A stretch of DNA of 64,000 nucleotides. Origin: the human T2T-CHM13v2.0 reference genome, Homo sapiens. The notes under the pieces were generated by a model, which saw only the letters and a program-made list of their open reading frames with translations, was not told where the DNA came from and did no database searches. The stretch is taken from NCBI RefSeq assembly GCF_009914755.1, contig NC_060939.1, one strand, 5' to 3'. Below are positions 30,721 to 45,200 of this stretch, in pieces (within the stretch, counting starts at the first letter, position 1; each line of letters begins with the position of its first letter). Position numbers and translations under genes: made by a program.

Positions 30721-32159
30721 TCTGATGTGTGCATTCATCTCACAGAGTTGAACCTTATGTGGAAAAGCAAATATCTTGAGAAAAAAACTACACAGAACCC
30801 TTCTGAGAAACATCTTTGTGATGTGTGCATTCATCTCATATTGTTGAAACTATCTTATGATTGAGCAGTTTTGAAACACTCTTCTTGTGGAATCTGCAAG
30901 TGGATAATTGGAGCGCTTTGAGGCATACTGTGGAAAAATAAATAACTTCACGTAAAAACTACACAATGGCACTCTAAGAAACTTTTTTGCGATTTGTGCA
31001 TTCGTCTCAGAGAGATGAACCTTTCTTTTGATTGAGCAGTTGTGAAACACCCTTTTTGTAGAATCTGCAATTGGATATTTGGAGCTCTTTGACGCGTATT
31101 GTGGAAAATGAAATATCTTTAAATAAAAACTACACAGAAGCATTCTGAGAAACTTCTTTGTGATGTGTGAATTCAACACACTGAGTTGAACCAATCTTTT
31201 GTTTAAGCAGTTTTGAATCTCTCTTTGTGTGGAATCTGCAAGTGGATATTGGGAGTCCTATGCAGCCTGTGGATGAAAAGGAAATATCTTCAAATAAACA
31301 CTACCCATAAGAATTTGAGAAACTTCTGTGTGATGTGTGCATTCATCTCACAGAGTTGAAGCTATCTTATGATTGAGCAGATTTTAAACACTCTCTTTGT
31401 AGAATCTGCTAGCAGATATTTGGAGCACTTTGAGGCCTACTGTGGAAAAGGAAATATCTTCACATAAAAAGTACACAGAAGCGTTCTGAGAAACTTCTTT
31501 GTGATGCCTGCATTCATTTCACAGAGTTGAACGATTCTTTTGATTGAGCAGTTTTGAAACACTGTTTCTGTAGAATCTGCAAGTGGACATTTGGAGCACT
31601 TTTAGACCTACTGTGGAGAAGCAAATATCTTCACATAAAAACTACACAGAAGCATTCTGAGAAACTTCTTTGTGATATGTGCATTCATCTCACAGAGCTG
31701 AACCTTTCTTTTGATTGAGCAGTTTTGAATCTCTCTTTTTGTGAATCTGCAAGTGGATATTTGGAGCCCTTTGCAGCATATGGAAAAAAAGGAAATATCT
31801 TCAAATAAAAACTACACAGAAGAATTCTGAGAAACTTCTTTGTGATGTGAACATTCATCTCACAGAGTTGCACGTATCTTATTATTCAGCAGTTTTGAAA
31901 CACTTTTTGTAGAATCTGCAAGTGGATATTTGGGGCGCCTTGAGGCCTACTGTGGAAAAGCAAATATCTTCACATAAAAACTATAAAGAAGCATTCTGAG
32001 AAACTTCTTTGTGATATGAGCATTCATCTCACAGAGTTGAAACTATCTTATAATTTAGCAGTTTTGAAACACTCTCTTTGTAGAATCTGCAACTGGATAT
32101 TTGGAGCATTTTGAGGCCTATAGTGAAAAAGGAAATTTCTTCACATAAAATCTACACAG

Positions 32160-33320
32160 AAGCATTCTGAGAAACTTCTTTGTGATGTGTGCATTCATCT
32201 CACAGAGTTGAACCTCTCTTATGATTCAGCAGTTTTGAAACAGTGTTTTTGTGGAATCTGTAAGTGGATATTTGGAGCGCTTTGAGGCCATCTGTGGAAA
32301 AGCAAATATCTTCAGATAAAAACTACATAGAATCCTTCTGATAAATATCTTTGTGATGTGTGCATTCATCTCACAGAGTTGAACCTATCTTATGATTGAT
32401 CAGTTTTGAAACATTCTTTCTGTAGAATCTGCAAGTGGATTATTGAAGCGCTTTCAAGTCTATTGTGGAAAAGGAAATACCTTAACATAAAAACTACACA
32501 GAAGCATTCTGAGAAACTTCTTTGGGATGTGTGCATTCATCTCACAGAATTGAGTGTATCTTATGATTTAGCCGTTTTGAAACACTCTCTTTGTAGAATC
32601 TGCAAGTGGATATTTGGAGCTTTTTGAGGCTTTTTGTGGAAAAGGAAATATCTTCACATAAAAACTACACAGAAGCATTCTGAGTAACTTCTTTGTGATG
32701 AGTGCATTCATCTCACAAATTTCAACATACCTTCTGATTGAGCAGTTTTGAATCTCTCTTACTGTAAAATCTGCAAGTGGATATTTTGAGCCCTTTGTGG
32801 CCTATGGTGGAAAAGGAAATATTCTCACATGAAAACTTCACAGAAGCATTCTGAGAAACTTCTTTGTGATGTGTACATTCAACTCACAGAGGTGAACCTG
32901 TCTATTGATTGCTCAGTTTTGACTCTACCTTTTGGTACAGTCTGTAACTGGATATTTGGAGACTTTTGCATCCTATGGAGGGAAAGGAAATATCTTCAAA
33001 TAAAAACTTCACAGAAGCATTCTGTGAAACTTCTTTCTGATGTGTCCATTCATCTCACAGAGTTGAACCTATCTTATGATTCAGCACTTTTGAAACACTG
33101 GTTTTGTGGAATCTGCTAGTCGATATTTGGTGCGCTTTGAGGCCGTCTGTGGAAAAGCAAATATCTTCAGATAAAAACTACACAGAACCCTTCTGAGAAA
33201 CATCTTTGTGATGCATGCATTCATCTCATAGTGTTGAACCTATCTTATGGTTGAACAGTTTTGAAACACTCGTTTTGTGGAATCTGCAAGGGATTAATTG
33301 GAGCGCTTTGAGGCCTACTG
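32160..33320 (+). repeat. Partial third copy (matches ~29505-30170 then ~30510-30950)
   Basis: Offset 2,655 bp for the first part, with identical ORF-track translations at 29751 and 32406. Two monomers are skipped relative to copy 1. Confidence 0.87.
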
Positions 33321-36265
33321 TGGAAAAGCAAATATCTTCATGTAAAAACTACACAGACACATTCTGAGATACTTTTTATGATGTGTGCATTCATCCCACA
33401 GAGTTGAAAGTTTCTTTTGATTGAGCAGTTTTGAAACTCTCTTTTTGTAGAGTCCGCAACTGGATATTTGGAGCCCTTTTAGGCCTATTATGGTAAAGGA
33501 AATATCTTCACATAAAAACTACACAGAAGCATTCAAAGAAACTCGTTTGTGATGTGTGCATTCAAATCACAGAGTTGAACCTATCTTTGATTGAGCAGTT
33601 TTGAATTTCTCTTTTTGTAGAATTTGCAACTGGATATTCAAAGCTCTTTGCAGCCTATGGAGGAAAAGAAAATATCTTCAAATAAATACTACACAGAAGA
33701 ATTCTGAGAAAATTCTTTGTTTTGTGTGCATTCATCTCATAGATTTGAAACTATCTTATGATTGAGCAGTTTTGAAACACTCTCTTTGTAGAATCTGAAA
33801 GTGGACAACCGGAGGGCTTTCAGGCCTGTTGTGAAAAAGGAAATATTTTCACATAAAAACTACACAGAAGAATTCTGTGAAACTTCTTTGTGATGTGTGC
33901 ATTCATCTCACAGAGTTGCACCTTTCTTTTGACTGTGCACATTTGAAACACTCTTTTTGTAGAATCTGCAAGTGGATATTTGGAGCCCTTTGTGGCCTAT
34001 ATTGGAAAAGGAAATATCTTCAAATAGAAACTACACAGAAACATTTTGAGAAACTTCTGTGTGAAGTGTGCATTCATCTCACAGAGTTGAACTTTTGTTT
34101 TGATTGAGAAGTTTTGAAACACTCTTTTTGTAGAATCTGCAAGTGGATATTTGGAGTGCTTTGAGGCCTATTGTGGAAAATGAAATATCTTCACATAAAA
34201 ACTACACAGAAGCATTCTGAGAAACTTCTTTGTGATGTGTGCATTTAACTCGCAGAGTTGAACCTATCTTTTGATTGAGCAGCTTTGAATCTCTCTTTTT
34301 CTGGAATCTGCAAGTGGATATTTGGAGCCCGTTGTGGCCTATGGACCATAAGGAAATATCTTCTAGTAAACACTACAGAGACCCATACTGAGAAACTTCT
34401 TCGTGATGTGTGCCTTCATATCACAGATTTGAACCTATCTTATGACTGAGCAGATTTGAAACACTTGCTTTGTAGAATCTGCAAGTGGATATTTGGAGTG
34501 CTTTGAGGCCGCCTGTGGAAAAGCAAATATCTTCACATTAAAATTATATGGAAGTATTCTGAGAAACTTCTTCATGTAGTGTGCATTCATCTCACAGAGT
34601 TGAAACTTTCTTTTGATTGGACAGTTTTGAAACACTGTTTTCGTAAAACCTACAAGTGGATATTAGAGCACTTTGAGGCCTACTATGGAAAAGCAAATAT
34701 CTTCACATAAAAACTACACAGAAGCGTTCTGAGTAATTTCTTTGTGATGTGTGCATTCATCTCACAGAGTTGAACATTTCCCTTGAATGAGCAGTTTTGC
34801 AACCTTTTTTTGTAGAATCTGCAAGTGGATATTTGGAGAGCTTTGAGGTCTATTGTGGAAAACGAAGTATCTACACATAAAAACTACACAGAAGCATTCT
34901 GAGAAACTACTTTGTGATGTGTGCATTAGACTCACAGAGGTGAACCTATCTTTTGATTGAGCAGTTTTGAATCTCTCTTTTTGTAGAAGCTGCAAGTGGA
35001 TATTTGGAACCCTTTGCGGCCCATGGAGGAAAAGGAAATACCTTCAATTAAAAACTACACAGAAACATTCTGAGAAACTTCTCTGTGATGTGTGCATTCA
35101 TCTCACCGAGTTGAACCTATCATGATTCAGCAGTTTTGAAACACTGTTTTTGTTGAATCTGCAAGTGGATATTTGGAGTGCTTTGAGGCCATCTGTGGAA
35201 AAGCAAGTATCTTCGGATAAAAACTACACAGAATCCTTCTGATAAATATCTTTGTGATGTGTGCATTCATCTCACAGAGTTCAACCTATCTTATGATTGA
35301 TCAGTTTTGAAACATTCTTTTTGTAGAATCTGCAAGTGGATAATTGGAGCGCTTTCAAGCCTATTGTGGAAAAGGAAATATCTTCACATAAAAACTACAC
35401 AGAAGCATTCTGAGAAACTTCTTTGGGATGTGTGCATTCATCTCACGGAATTGAGCCTATCTTATGATTTAGCACTTTTGAAACACTCTCTTTGTAGAAT
35501 CTGCTAGTGGATATTTGGAGCGTTTTGAGGCTTTTTGTGGAAAAGGAAATATCTTCACATAAAAACTACAAAGAAGCATTCTGAGAAACTTCTTTGTGAT
35601 GAGTGCATTTGTCTCACAGATTTCAACATACCTTCTGATTGAACAGTTTTGAATCTCTCTTTCTGTAAAATCTGCAAGTGGATATTTTGAGCCCTTTGTG
35701 GAAAAGGAAATATCTTCACATAAAAACTTCACAGAAGCATTGTGAGAAACTTCTTTGGTTGTGTGCTTTCAACTCAAAGTGTTGAAATTATGTTTTGCTT
35801 GAGCAGTTTTGCATCTCTCTTTTTGTAGAATCTGCAATTGGATATTCGGAGCCCTTGTGGCGTATGGAGAAAAAGGAAATATCTTCAAATAAAAACTACA
35901 CGAAACATTCTGAGAAACCCCTTTGTGATGTGTGCTTTCATCTCACAGAGTTGAACTTATCTTATGATAGAGAAGTTTTGAAACGCTCACTTTTTAGAAG
36001 CTGTAAGTGGATAATTGGAGTGCTTTAAGGCCTAATGTGGATAAGGAAATATCTTCACATGAAAACTACACAGAACCATTCTGAGAAACTTCTTTGTGAT
36101 GTGTACATTCATCTCACAGAGGTGAACCTGTCTTTTGATTGCGCAGTTTTGACTCTACCTTTTGGTAGATTCTGCAACTGAATATTTGGAGACTTTTGCA
36201 CCCTATGGAGGAAAAGGAAATATCTTCAAATAAAAACTTCGCAGAAGCATTCTGAGAATCTTCTT
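33305..36265 (+). repeat. Copy 2 of ~3-kb direct duplication
   Basis: Colinear with 27745-30720; paired ORF-track translations 28318/33877, 28876/34435, 29751/35307. Confidence 0.9.
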
Positions 36266-39200
36266 CGTGATGAGTGCATCCATCAAACGGAGTTGAACAC
36301 TTCTTTTGATTAAGCAGTTTCAAAACAGTCTTGTTGAAGAATCTGCAAGTGCATATTTGGAGCACTTTGGGGTCTACTTTGGAATAGCAAATATCTTCAC
36401 ATAAAAAATACACAGAAGCATTCTCAGAAACTTCTTAGTGATGTGGGCATTCATCTCACAGAGTTGAACTTTTCTTTTGATAGAGCAGTTTTGAAAAACT
36501 CTTTTTGTAGAATCTGCAATTGAATATATGGAGCGCTTTCATGCCTATTGTGGAAAAGGAAATATCTTCACATAAAAACTATGCAAAAGCATTCTGAGAA
36601 AGTTCTGTGTGATGTGTGCATTCATCTTATGGAGTTGAACCTATCCTTTGATTGAGCAGTTTTGAACCTCTCTGTTTCTAGAATCTGCAAGTGGATATCT
36701 GGAGCCCTTTGCAGCTTAGGGTGGAAAAGGAAATATCTTCAAATAAAAACTACACAGAAGCATTCTGAGAAACTTGTTTGTGATGTATGCATTCATTTCA
36801 CAGAATTGATCCTATCTTATGACTGAGCAGTTTTGAAACACTCTTTTTGTTGAATCTGCAAGTGGATATTTGGAGCACTTTGAAGCCCATTGTGTAAAGG
36901 GAAATATCTTCACATAAAAACTACACAGAAACATTCTGAGAAACTTCTTTGTGATGTGTGCATTCATCTCACAGAGTTGAACCTATCTTATGATTTAGCA
37001 GTTTGGAAACACTCTCTTTGTAGAATCTGCAACTGGATATTTGGAGCATTTTGAGGCCAACTGTGGAAAAGCAAATATCTTCACATAAAAACTACAAAGA
37101 AGCATTCTGAGAATCTTCTTTGTGATGTGTGCATTCATCTCACAGAGTTGAACCTTTCTTTTGATTGAGCAATTTTGCAACACACTTTTTGTAGAATCTG
37201 CAAGTGGATATGTGGAGGCCTTTGAGGTCTCCTGTGTAAAAGGAAATATCTTCACATAAGAACTACACAGACGCATTCTGAGAAACGTCTTTGTGATGTG
37301 TGCATTCAACTCACAGAGTTGAACCTGTTTTTTGATTGAGGAGTTTTGAATTTCTCTTTTTGCAGAATCTACAAGTGGATATTTGGAGCCCTTTGCTGCC
37401 TATTTTGGAAAAGGAAATATCTTCAAATAAAAACTACACAGAAACATTCTGAGAAACATCTTTGTTATGTCAGCATTCATCTCACAGAGTTGAATCTATC
37501 TTATGATTGAGCAGTTTTTTGAAACTCTGTTTTTGTAGAATCAGCAAATGGATATTTTGAGCGCTTTGTGGCCCATTGTGGAAAAGGAAATATCTTCACA
37601 TAAAAACTACACAGAAGCATTCTGAGAAACTGCTTTGTGATGTGTGAAGTCATCTCCTGGAATTGAACCTTTCTTTTGCTTGAACAGCTTTGGAACACTC
37701 TTTTTGTAGGATCTGCAAGTGGATATTTGCGGTGCTTTGAGGACTATTTAGGAAAAGAAAATGTCTTCACATAAAAACTACACAGAAGCATCCTGAGAAA
37801 CTTCTAGGCGATGTTTGCATTCATCTCACAGAGTTGAACCTTTCTTTTGACTGAGCAGTTTGGAAACACTCTTTTTGTAGAATCTGCTAGTGGATATTTA
37901 GAGAGTTTGGGGCCTATAGTGGAAAAGGAAATATCTTCCAAATAAAACTACACAGAAGCATTCTGAGAAAATTCCTTGTGCTCTGTGCATTCAACTAGGA
38001 GAGTTGAACCTATCTTTCGATTGTGCAGTTTTCAATCTCTCTTATTGTAGAATCTGCAAGGGGATATTTGGAGCCCTTTGCAGCCTGTGGTGGAAAAGGA
38101 AATAATTTCCAATAAAAACTGCACAGAAGAATTCTGAGAAACTTCTTTGTGATGTGTGATTTCATTTCACAGAGTTGAATGTTTATTTTGATTGAGCTGT
38201 TTTGAAACACTGCTTTTGAAGAATCTGCAAGTGGATATTTGGAGTGGTTTGAGGGCTACTGTGGAAAAGCAATATCTTCACATGAAAACTACACAGAAGC
38301 ATTCTGAGAAACTTCTTTGGTATGTGTGCATTCATCTCACAGAGTTGAACCTTTCTTTTGATGGAGCAGTTTTGAATCTCTCTTTTTGTAGAATCTGCAG
38401 GTGGATATTTTGAGCCCTTTGCAGCCTATGCAGGAAAAGGAAATATCTAAAAATAAAAACAACACAGATGCATTCAGAGAAACTTCTTTGTTATGTGTAC
38501 ATTCATCTCACTGTGTGGAACCTATCTTATGATTGAGCAGTTTTGAAACACTCTCTTTGTAGAATCTGCAAGTGGATATTTGGAGCACTTTGAGGCCTAT
38601 TGTGGAAAAGGAAATATCTTCATATAAAAACTACACAGAAGCATTCTCAGAAACTTCTTTGTGATGTGTGCATTCATCTCACAGAGTTGAACTTTTATTT
38701 GATTGAGCACTTTTGAAACATTGTTTTTGTAGAATCTGCAACTGGATATTTGCAGTGTTTTGAGGCCTACTACAGAAAAGCAAATATCTTCAAATAAAAA
38801 CTACACAGAGGCATTCTGAGAAACTTCTTTGTGATGGGCGCATTCATCTCAAAGAGTTAAACCTTTCTTTTGATTGAGAAGTTTTGAAACACTCTTTTTG
38901 TAGTATCTGCAAGTGGATATTTGGAGCGCTTTGAGGCCTATTGTGGAAAAATAAATATCTCCGCATAAAAAATACACAGAAGCATTTTGAGAAACTACTT
39001 CGTGATGTGTGCATTCAACTCACAAGGTTGAACCTATCTTTTGATTGAGCAGTTTTGAACCTCTGTTTGTAGAATCTGCAAGTGGATATATGTAGCCCTT
39101 TGCAGCCTATGGAGGAAAAGGAAATATCTTCAAATAAAAACTGCACAGAAGCATTCTGAGAAACTTCTTCGTGATGTGTGCATTCAACTCGCAGAGTTAA

Positions 39201-42200
39201 ATCTTTCTTTGGTTGAGTAGTTTTGAAACACTCTTTTTGTAGGTTGTGCAAGTGGGTATTTTGAGGGCTTGGAAACCTATTGTGGAAAAGGATATATCTT
39301 CATATAAAAATTACACAGAAGCATTCTGAGACACATCTTTATGATATGTGCATTCAACTCACATAGTTAAATCTATCTTTTGATTGAGCAGTTTTGAATC
39401 TCTCTTTTTGAAGAATCTACAAGTGAATATTTGGAGCCCTTTACAGCATAAGGTGGAAAAGGAATTATCTTCAAGTAAAAACTACACAGAAGGATTCTGA
39501 GAAACTTCTTTTTGATGTGTGCCTTCATCTCACAGAGTTGAACCTATCTTATGATTGAGCACTTTTGAAACAATCTTTTTATAGAATCTGCAAGTGGAAA
39601 TTTGGAGCACTTTGAGGACTATTGTGGAAAAGCATGTATCGTCACATAAAAACTGCACAGAAGCATTCTGAGAAACTTTTTGTGATGTGTGCATTCAACT
39701 CACACAATTGAACCTATCTTTTGATTGAGCAGTTTTGAATCTCTCTTTTTGTAGAATCTGGAATTGGATATTTGGATTGCTTTGAGGTCTTTTGTGGAAA
39801 AGGAAGTATCTTCATCTAAAACTACACAGAATCATTCTGAGATAATTTATTTTGATGTGTGCATTCATCTCACAGTGTTGAACTTTTCTTTTGATTCAGC
39901 AGCTTTATAACATGCTCTTAGTAGAATATGCAAGTAGATATTTGGGGTGCTTTGAGGCCTATTGTGGAAAACGAAATATCTTCACATGAAAACTACACAG
40001 AATCATTCTGAGAAACTTCTTTGTGATGTGGCATTCATCTCACAGAGTTGAACCTTTGCTTTGACTGAGCAGTTTTGAAAAACACTTTTTGTAGAATCTA
40101 CAAGTAGATATTTGGAGCGCTTTGAGGCCTATTGTGGAAAAGGAAATATCTTCACATAAAAATTACACATAAACATTCTGAGAAACTTCTTTGTGATGTG
40201 TGCATTCCTCTCACTGAGTTGAACCATTCTTTTCATTAAGCAGTTTTGTTACAATCCTTTTGTAGAATCTGCAAGTGGATAATTGGAATTCTTTGAGGCC
40301 TATTGTGGAAAAGAAAATATCTTCACTTAGAAACTACACAGTAGAATGCTGAGAAACTTCTTTGTGATGTGTGCATTCAACTCACAGAATTGTATCATTC
40401 TTTTGATTAACCAGTTTGGAAACATTCTTTTTGTAGAAGCTCCACGTGGATATTTGGAGCTTTTTGCAGCCTACAGTGGAAAAGGAAATATCTTCACATA
40501 AAAACTACACAGAAGCATTCGGAGAAACTTCTTTGTGACGTGTGCATTCATCTGACAGAGTTGAAGCATTCTTTTGATTAAGCAGTTTTGAAATACTCTT
40601 TTTGTAGAATCTTCAAGTGGATATTTGGAGCGTTTGACGGCTATTGTGTAAAAGGAAATATCTTCACATAAAAACTACAGAGGAACAGTCTGAGATACTT
40701 TTTGTGATGTGTGACTTCATTTCACAGAGGTGAACATTTCTTTTGATTGTGCAGTTTTGAAATACTCTTTTAGTGCGATCTGCAGGTAGATATTTGCAGT
40801 GCTGTAAGGCGTGCTGAGGAAAAGGAAATTTCTTCACATAAAAAATGCACAGAAGCATTCTTAGAAACTTATCTGTGATGTGTGTATTCAACCCTCGGAG
40901 TTGAACCTATCTTGATGAGCAGTTTTGAATCTCTCTTTTTTTGGAATCTCCAGGTGGATATTTGGAGTGCTTTGAGGCCTATGGTGTAAAAGGAAATATC
41001 TTCACATAAAAACTACACAGAAGCGTTCTGGGAAACTACTTTGTGATGTATACATTCAACTCACAGAGTCGAACCTACCTTTTGATTGAGCAGTTTTGAA
41101 TATCTCTTTTTGTAGAACCTGAAAGTGGATATTTGAAGACATTTGTGGCTTGTGGTGGAAAAGGAAATATCTTCACATAAAAACTACACAGTAGCATTCT
41201 GAGAAACTTCTTTGTGATGTGTGCACTCATCACACGGAGTTGAAGCATTCTTTTGATTAAGTAGTTTTGAAATACTCTTTTTGTAGAATCTTCAAGTGGA
41301 TATTTGGAGCACTTTGAGGGCTATTGTGGAAAAGGAAATATCTTCAATTAAAAATTACACAGAAGCATTCTGAGAAACTTTTTTTGTGATGTGTGCATTC
41401 ATCTCACAGAGTTAAAACTCTTTTGATTGAGCAGTTTGGAAACACTCCTTTTGTAGAATCTGCAAGAGGATATTTGGAGGGCTTTGAGGCTTATGGCGGA
41501 AAAGGAAATATCATCACATGAAAACTACACAGAAACATTCTGAGATTCTTCTTTGTGATGTGTGCATTCAATTCACAGAGTTGAACCTATCTTTTGATAG
41601 AGCAGTTTGGCAACTCCCTTTTTGTAGGGTATGCAAGGGGATATTTGGAGCTCTTTGCGGCCTCTGGTGGAAAAGGAAATATCTTCATATAAAAACAACA
41701 CAGAAGCATTCTGAGAAGCTTCTTTGTTGTGTGTGCATTCATCTCACAGAATTGAAACTTTCTTTCGATTGAGCAGTTTTGAAACACTCTTTTTGTAGAA
41801 ACTGCAAGTGGATATTTTGAGTGTTTTGAAGCCTATTGTGGAAAAAGAAATATCTTCACAGAAAAACTACAGAGAAACATTCTGAGAAACTTCTTTCTTA
41901 TGTGTGCATTCATCTCACAGAGTTGAACCTATATTTTGATTGAACAGTTTTGAATCTCTCCTTTGTAGAATCTGTAAGTGGATATTTGGAGCCCTTTGCG
42001 TCCTATGATGGAAAGGAAATATCTTCACATAAAAACTACACAGAAGCATTCTGAGAAAACTCTTTGTGATGTGTGCTTTCATCCGACAGAGTTGAACCTT
42101 TTTTGATTGAGCAGTTTTGAAACACTCTTTTTGTAGAATCTGCAAGTGGATATTTGGAGCGCTTTTAGGCCTATTGTGGAAAAGAAAATATCATCACATA

Positions 42201-45200
42201 AAAACTATAGAGAATCATTCTGTGAAACTTCTTTGCGTTGTGTTTACTCACCTCATGGAGTTGTAGTTTTCTTTTGATTGAGCAGTTTGGAAACACTCTT
42301 TTTGTAGAATCTGCAAGTGGATAGTTGGAGTGCTTTTAGGCCTACGGTTGAAAAGGAAATATCTTCACATAAAAACTACTCGGAAGCGTTCTGAGAAACT
42401 TCTTTGTGATGTGTGCATTCACCTCACAGGGTTGAAACTTTCTTTTGATTGAGCAGTTTTGAAACACTCTTTTTCTAGAATGTGCAAGTGGATATTTGCA
42501 GGGCTTTGTTGACTATTGTGGAAAGGGAAGTATGTTCACATAAAAATTACACAGAAGCATTCTGAGAAATTTCTTGTGAAGTGTGCATTCACTTCACAGA
42601 GTTGAAACTTTCTTTTGATTGAGCATTTTTGGAACACTCTTCTTGTACAATCTGCAAGTGGATATTTGGAGCCCTTTGAGGCCTATTGTGGGAAAGGAAA
42701 TATCTTCACATAAAAAGTAATCAGAAGCATTCTGAGAAACTTCTTTGTGATGTATGCATTCATCTCACAGAATTGAACCCTTCTTTTCATTAGCACTTTG
42801 GAAACTCTCTTTTTGTAGAGTCTAGAAGTGGACATTTGGAGCTCTTTGAGGTCTATTGTGGAAAATGAAATATCTTCACATAAAAACTACACAGAAGCAT
42901 TCTTAGAAAGTTCTTTGTGATGTGTGCTTTCAACTCACAGAATTGAAACTTTTTTTGATTGAGCAGTTTTGAAACACTCTTTTTGTAGAATCTGCAAGTG
43001 GATATTAGGAGTGCTTTGAAGCCAATTGTGGAAAAGGAAATATCTTCACATAAAAACTACACAGAATCATTCTGTGAAACTTATTTGCGAGGTGTTTACT
43101 CATCTCACAGAGTTGAAGTTTTCTTTTGAATGAGCAGTTTGGAAACACTCTTTTTGTAGAATCTGCAAGTGGTTAGTTGGAGCGATTTGAGGTCTATGGT
43201 GTAAAAGGAAATATCTTCACATAAAAACTACACGGAAGCATTCTGAGAAACTTCTTGGTGATGTTGCATTCATCTCACAGAGTAGAACATTTCTTTTGAT
43301 TGAGCATTTTTGAAACACAGTTTTTGTAGAATCTGCAAGTGGATATTTGGAGAGCTTTGAGGACTATTGTGGAAAAGGAAGTATCTTCACAAGAAAAGTA
43401 CACAGAATCATTCTGGGAAATGTCTTGCGACGTGTGCATTCATCTCACAGAGTGCTTTGAGGCCAATTGTGGAAAAGGAAATATCTTCACATGAAAACTA
43501 CAAAGAAGCACTCTGAGAAACTTCTTTGTGATGTGCGCATTCATCTCACAGATTTGAACCTTTCTTTAGACTGAACAGTTTGGAAACTCTCTTTTAATAG
43601 AATAAGCAAGTGGATATTTGAAACACTTTGAGGCCTAATGTGGAAGAGAAAATATCTTCACATAAAAATGACACAGAAGCATTCTGATAAACTACTTTGT
43701 GATGAGTCCATTAATCTCACGAAGTTGAACCTTTCTTTTCTTTGAGCAGTTTGGAAACAATCTTTACAGAATCTGCAGGTGGATATTTGGAGCGCTTTGA
43801 GGCAAATTGTGGAAAAGGAAATATCTTTACATAAAAACTGCACAGAAGCATTCTGAGAAACTTCTTTATGATGTGTGCATTCAACTCACAGACTTGAACA
43901 TTTCTTTTGATTGAACAGTTTTGAAACACTCTTTTTGTAGATGCTGCAAGTGTATATTTGTAGCCCTTTGAGGCCTACTGTGGAAAAGGAAATATCTTCA
44001 CATAAAAACCACACAGAAGCATTCTGAGAAACTTCTTTGTGATGTGTGCATTCCCCTCAAAGAGTTGAATCTCTCTTTTGATTGAGACTTTTGAAACCCC
44101 CTTTTTGTAGAATCTGCAAGGGGATATTTGGAGCCCTTTAAGGCCTATTTTGGAAAAGGAAATATCTTCACATAAAAACTACACAAAAGTATTGTGAGAA
44201 ACTTCTTCATGATGTGTGATTTCGTCTCATAGAGTTGAACCTTTCTTTTCATTGATCAGTTTGGAAATACTCTTTTTGTAACATCTGCAGGTGGATGTTT
44301 GGAGCACTTTGTGGCAAATGGTGTAAAAGGAAATATCTTTACATAAAAAGTACGCAGAGGCATTCTGAGACACCTCTTTGAGATGTGTGCATTCAAGTCA
44401 CCGGGTTGAGCCTATCTTTTTATAGAGCAGTTTTGAAACTCTATCTTTGCAGATTCTGTAAGTGGATACTTGGTGCATTGTGCAGCCAAGTGTGAAAAAG
44501 GAAATATCTTCACATAAAAACCACACGAAATAATTCTGAGAAACTTCTTTGTGTTGTGTGTATTCATCTCACAAAGCTGAACCTTTCTTTTGATTAAGCA
44601 GTTTTGAAACACTCATTTTGTAGAATGTGCAAGTCAATGTTTCGAGAACTTTGAGGCCTATTGTGGAAAACGAAATATCTTCACATAAAATCTACAAAGA
44701 AGCATTGTGAGAAACTACTTTGTGACGTGTGCATTCATCACACAGAGTTGAACCTTTCTTTTTATTGAGCAGTTTGGTAACACTCTTTTTGTAGAATCTC
44801 CAAGGGGATATTTTTAGCGCTTTGAGATCTTTGGTGGAAAAGGAAATATCTTCACATAGAAACTACACAGAAGCATTCTGAGAAACTTATTTGGGATGTG
44901 TGCATTCATCTCAACGAGTTGAATCTATCCTTTGATTGAGCAGTTTTTAATCACTCTTTTTGTAGAATCTGCAAGTGGATATTTGGAGCACATTTAGACC
45001 TATGGTGGAAAAGGAAACATCCTCACATAAAAACTACAAAGAAGCATTCTGAGAAACGTCTTTGTAATGTGTGCATTCATCTCACAGAGTTGAACCTTTC
45101 TTTTGATTGAGCAGTTTCGAAACACTCTTTTTGTAGAATTTGGACGTGTATATTTGGAGTGCTTTGTGGCCTGTTGTGGAAAAGAAAATATCTTCACATA

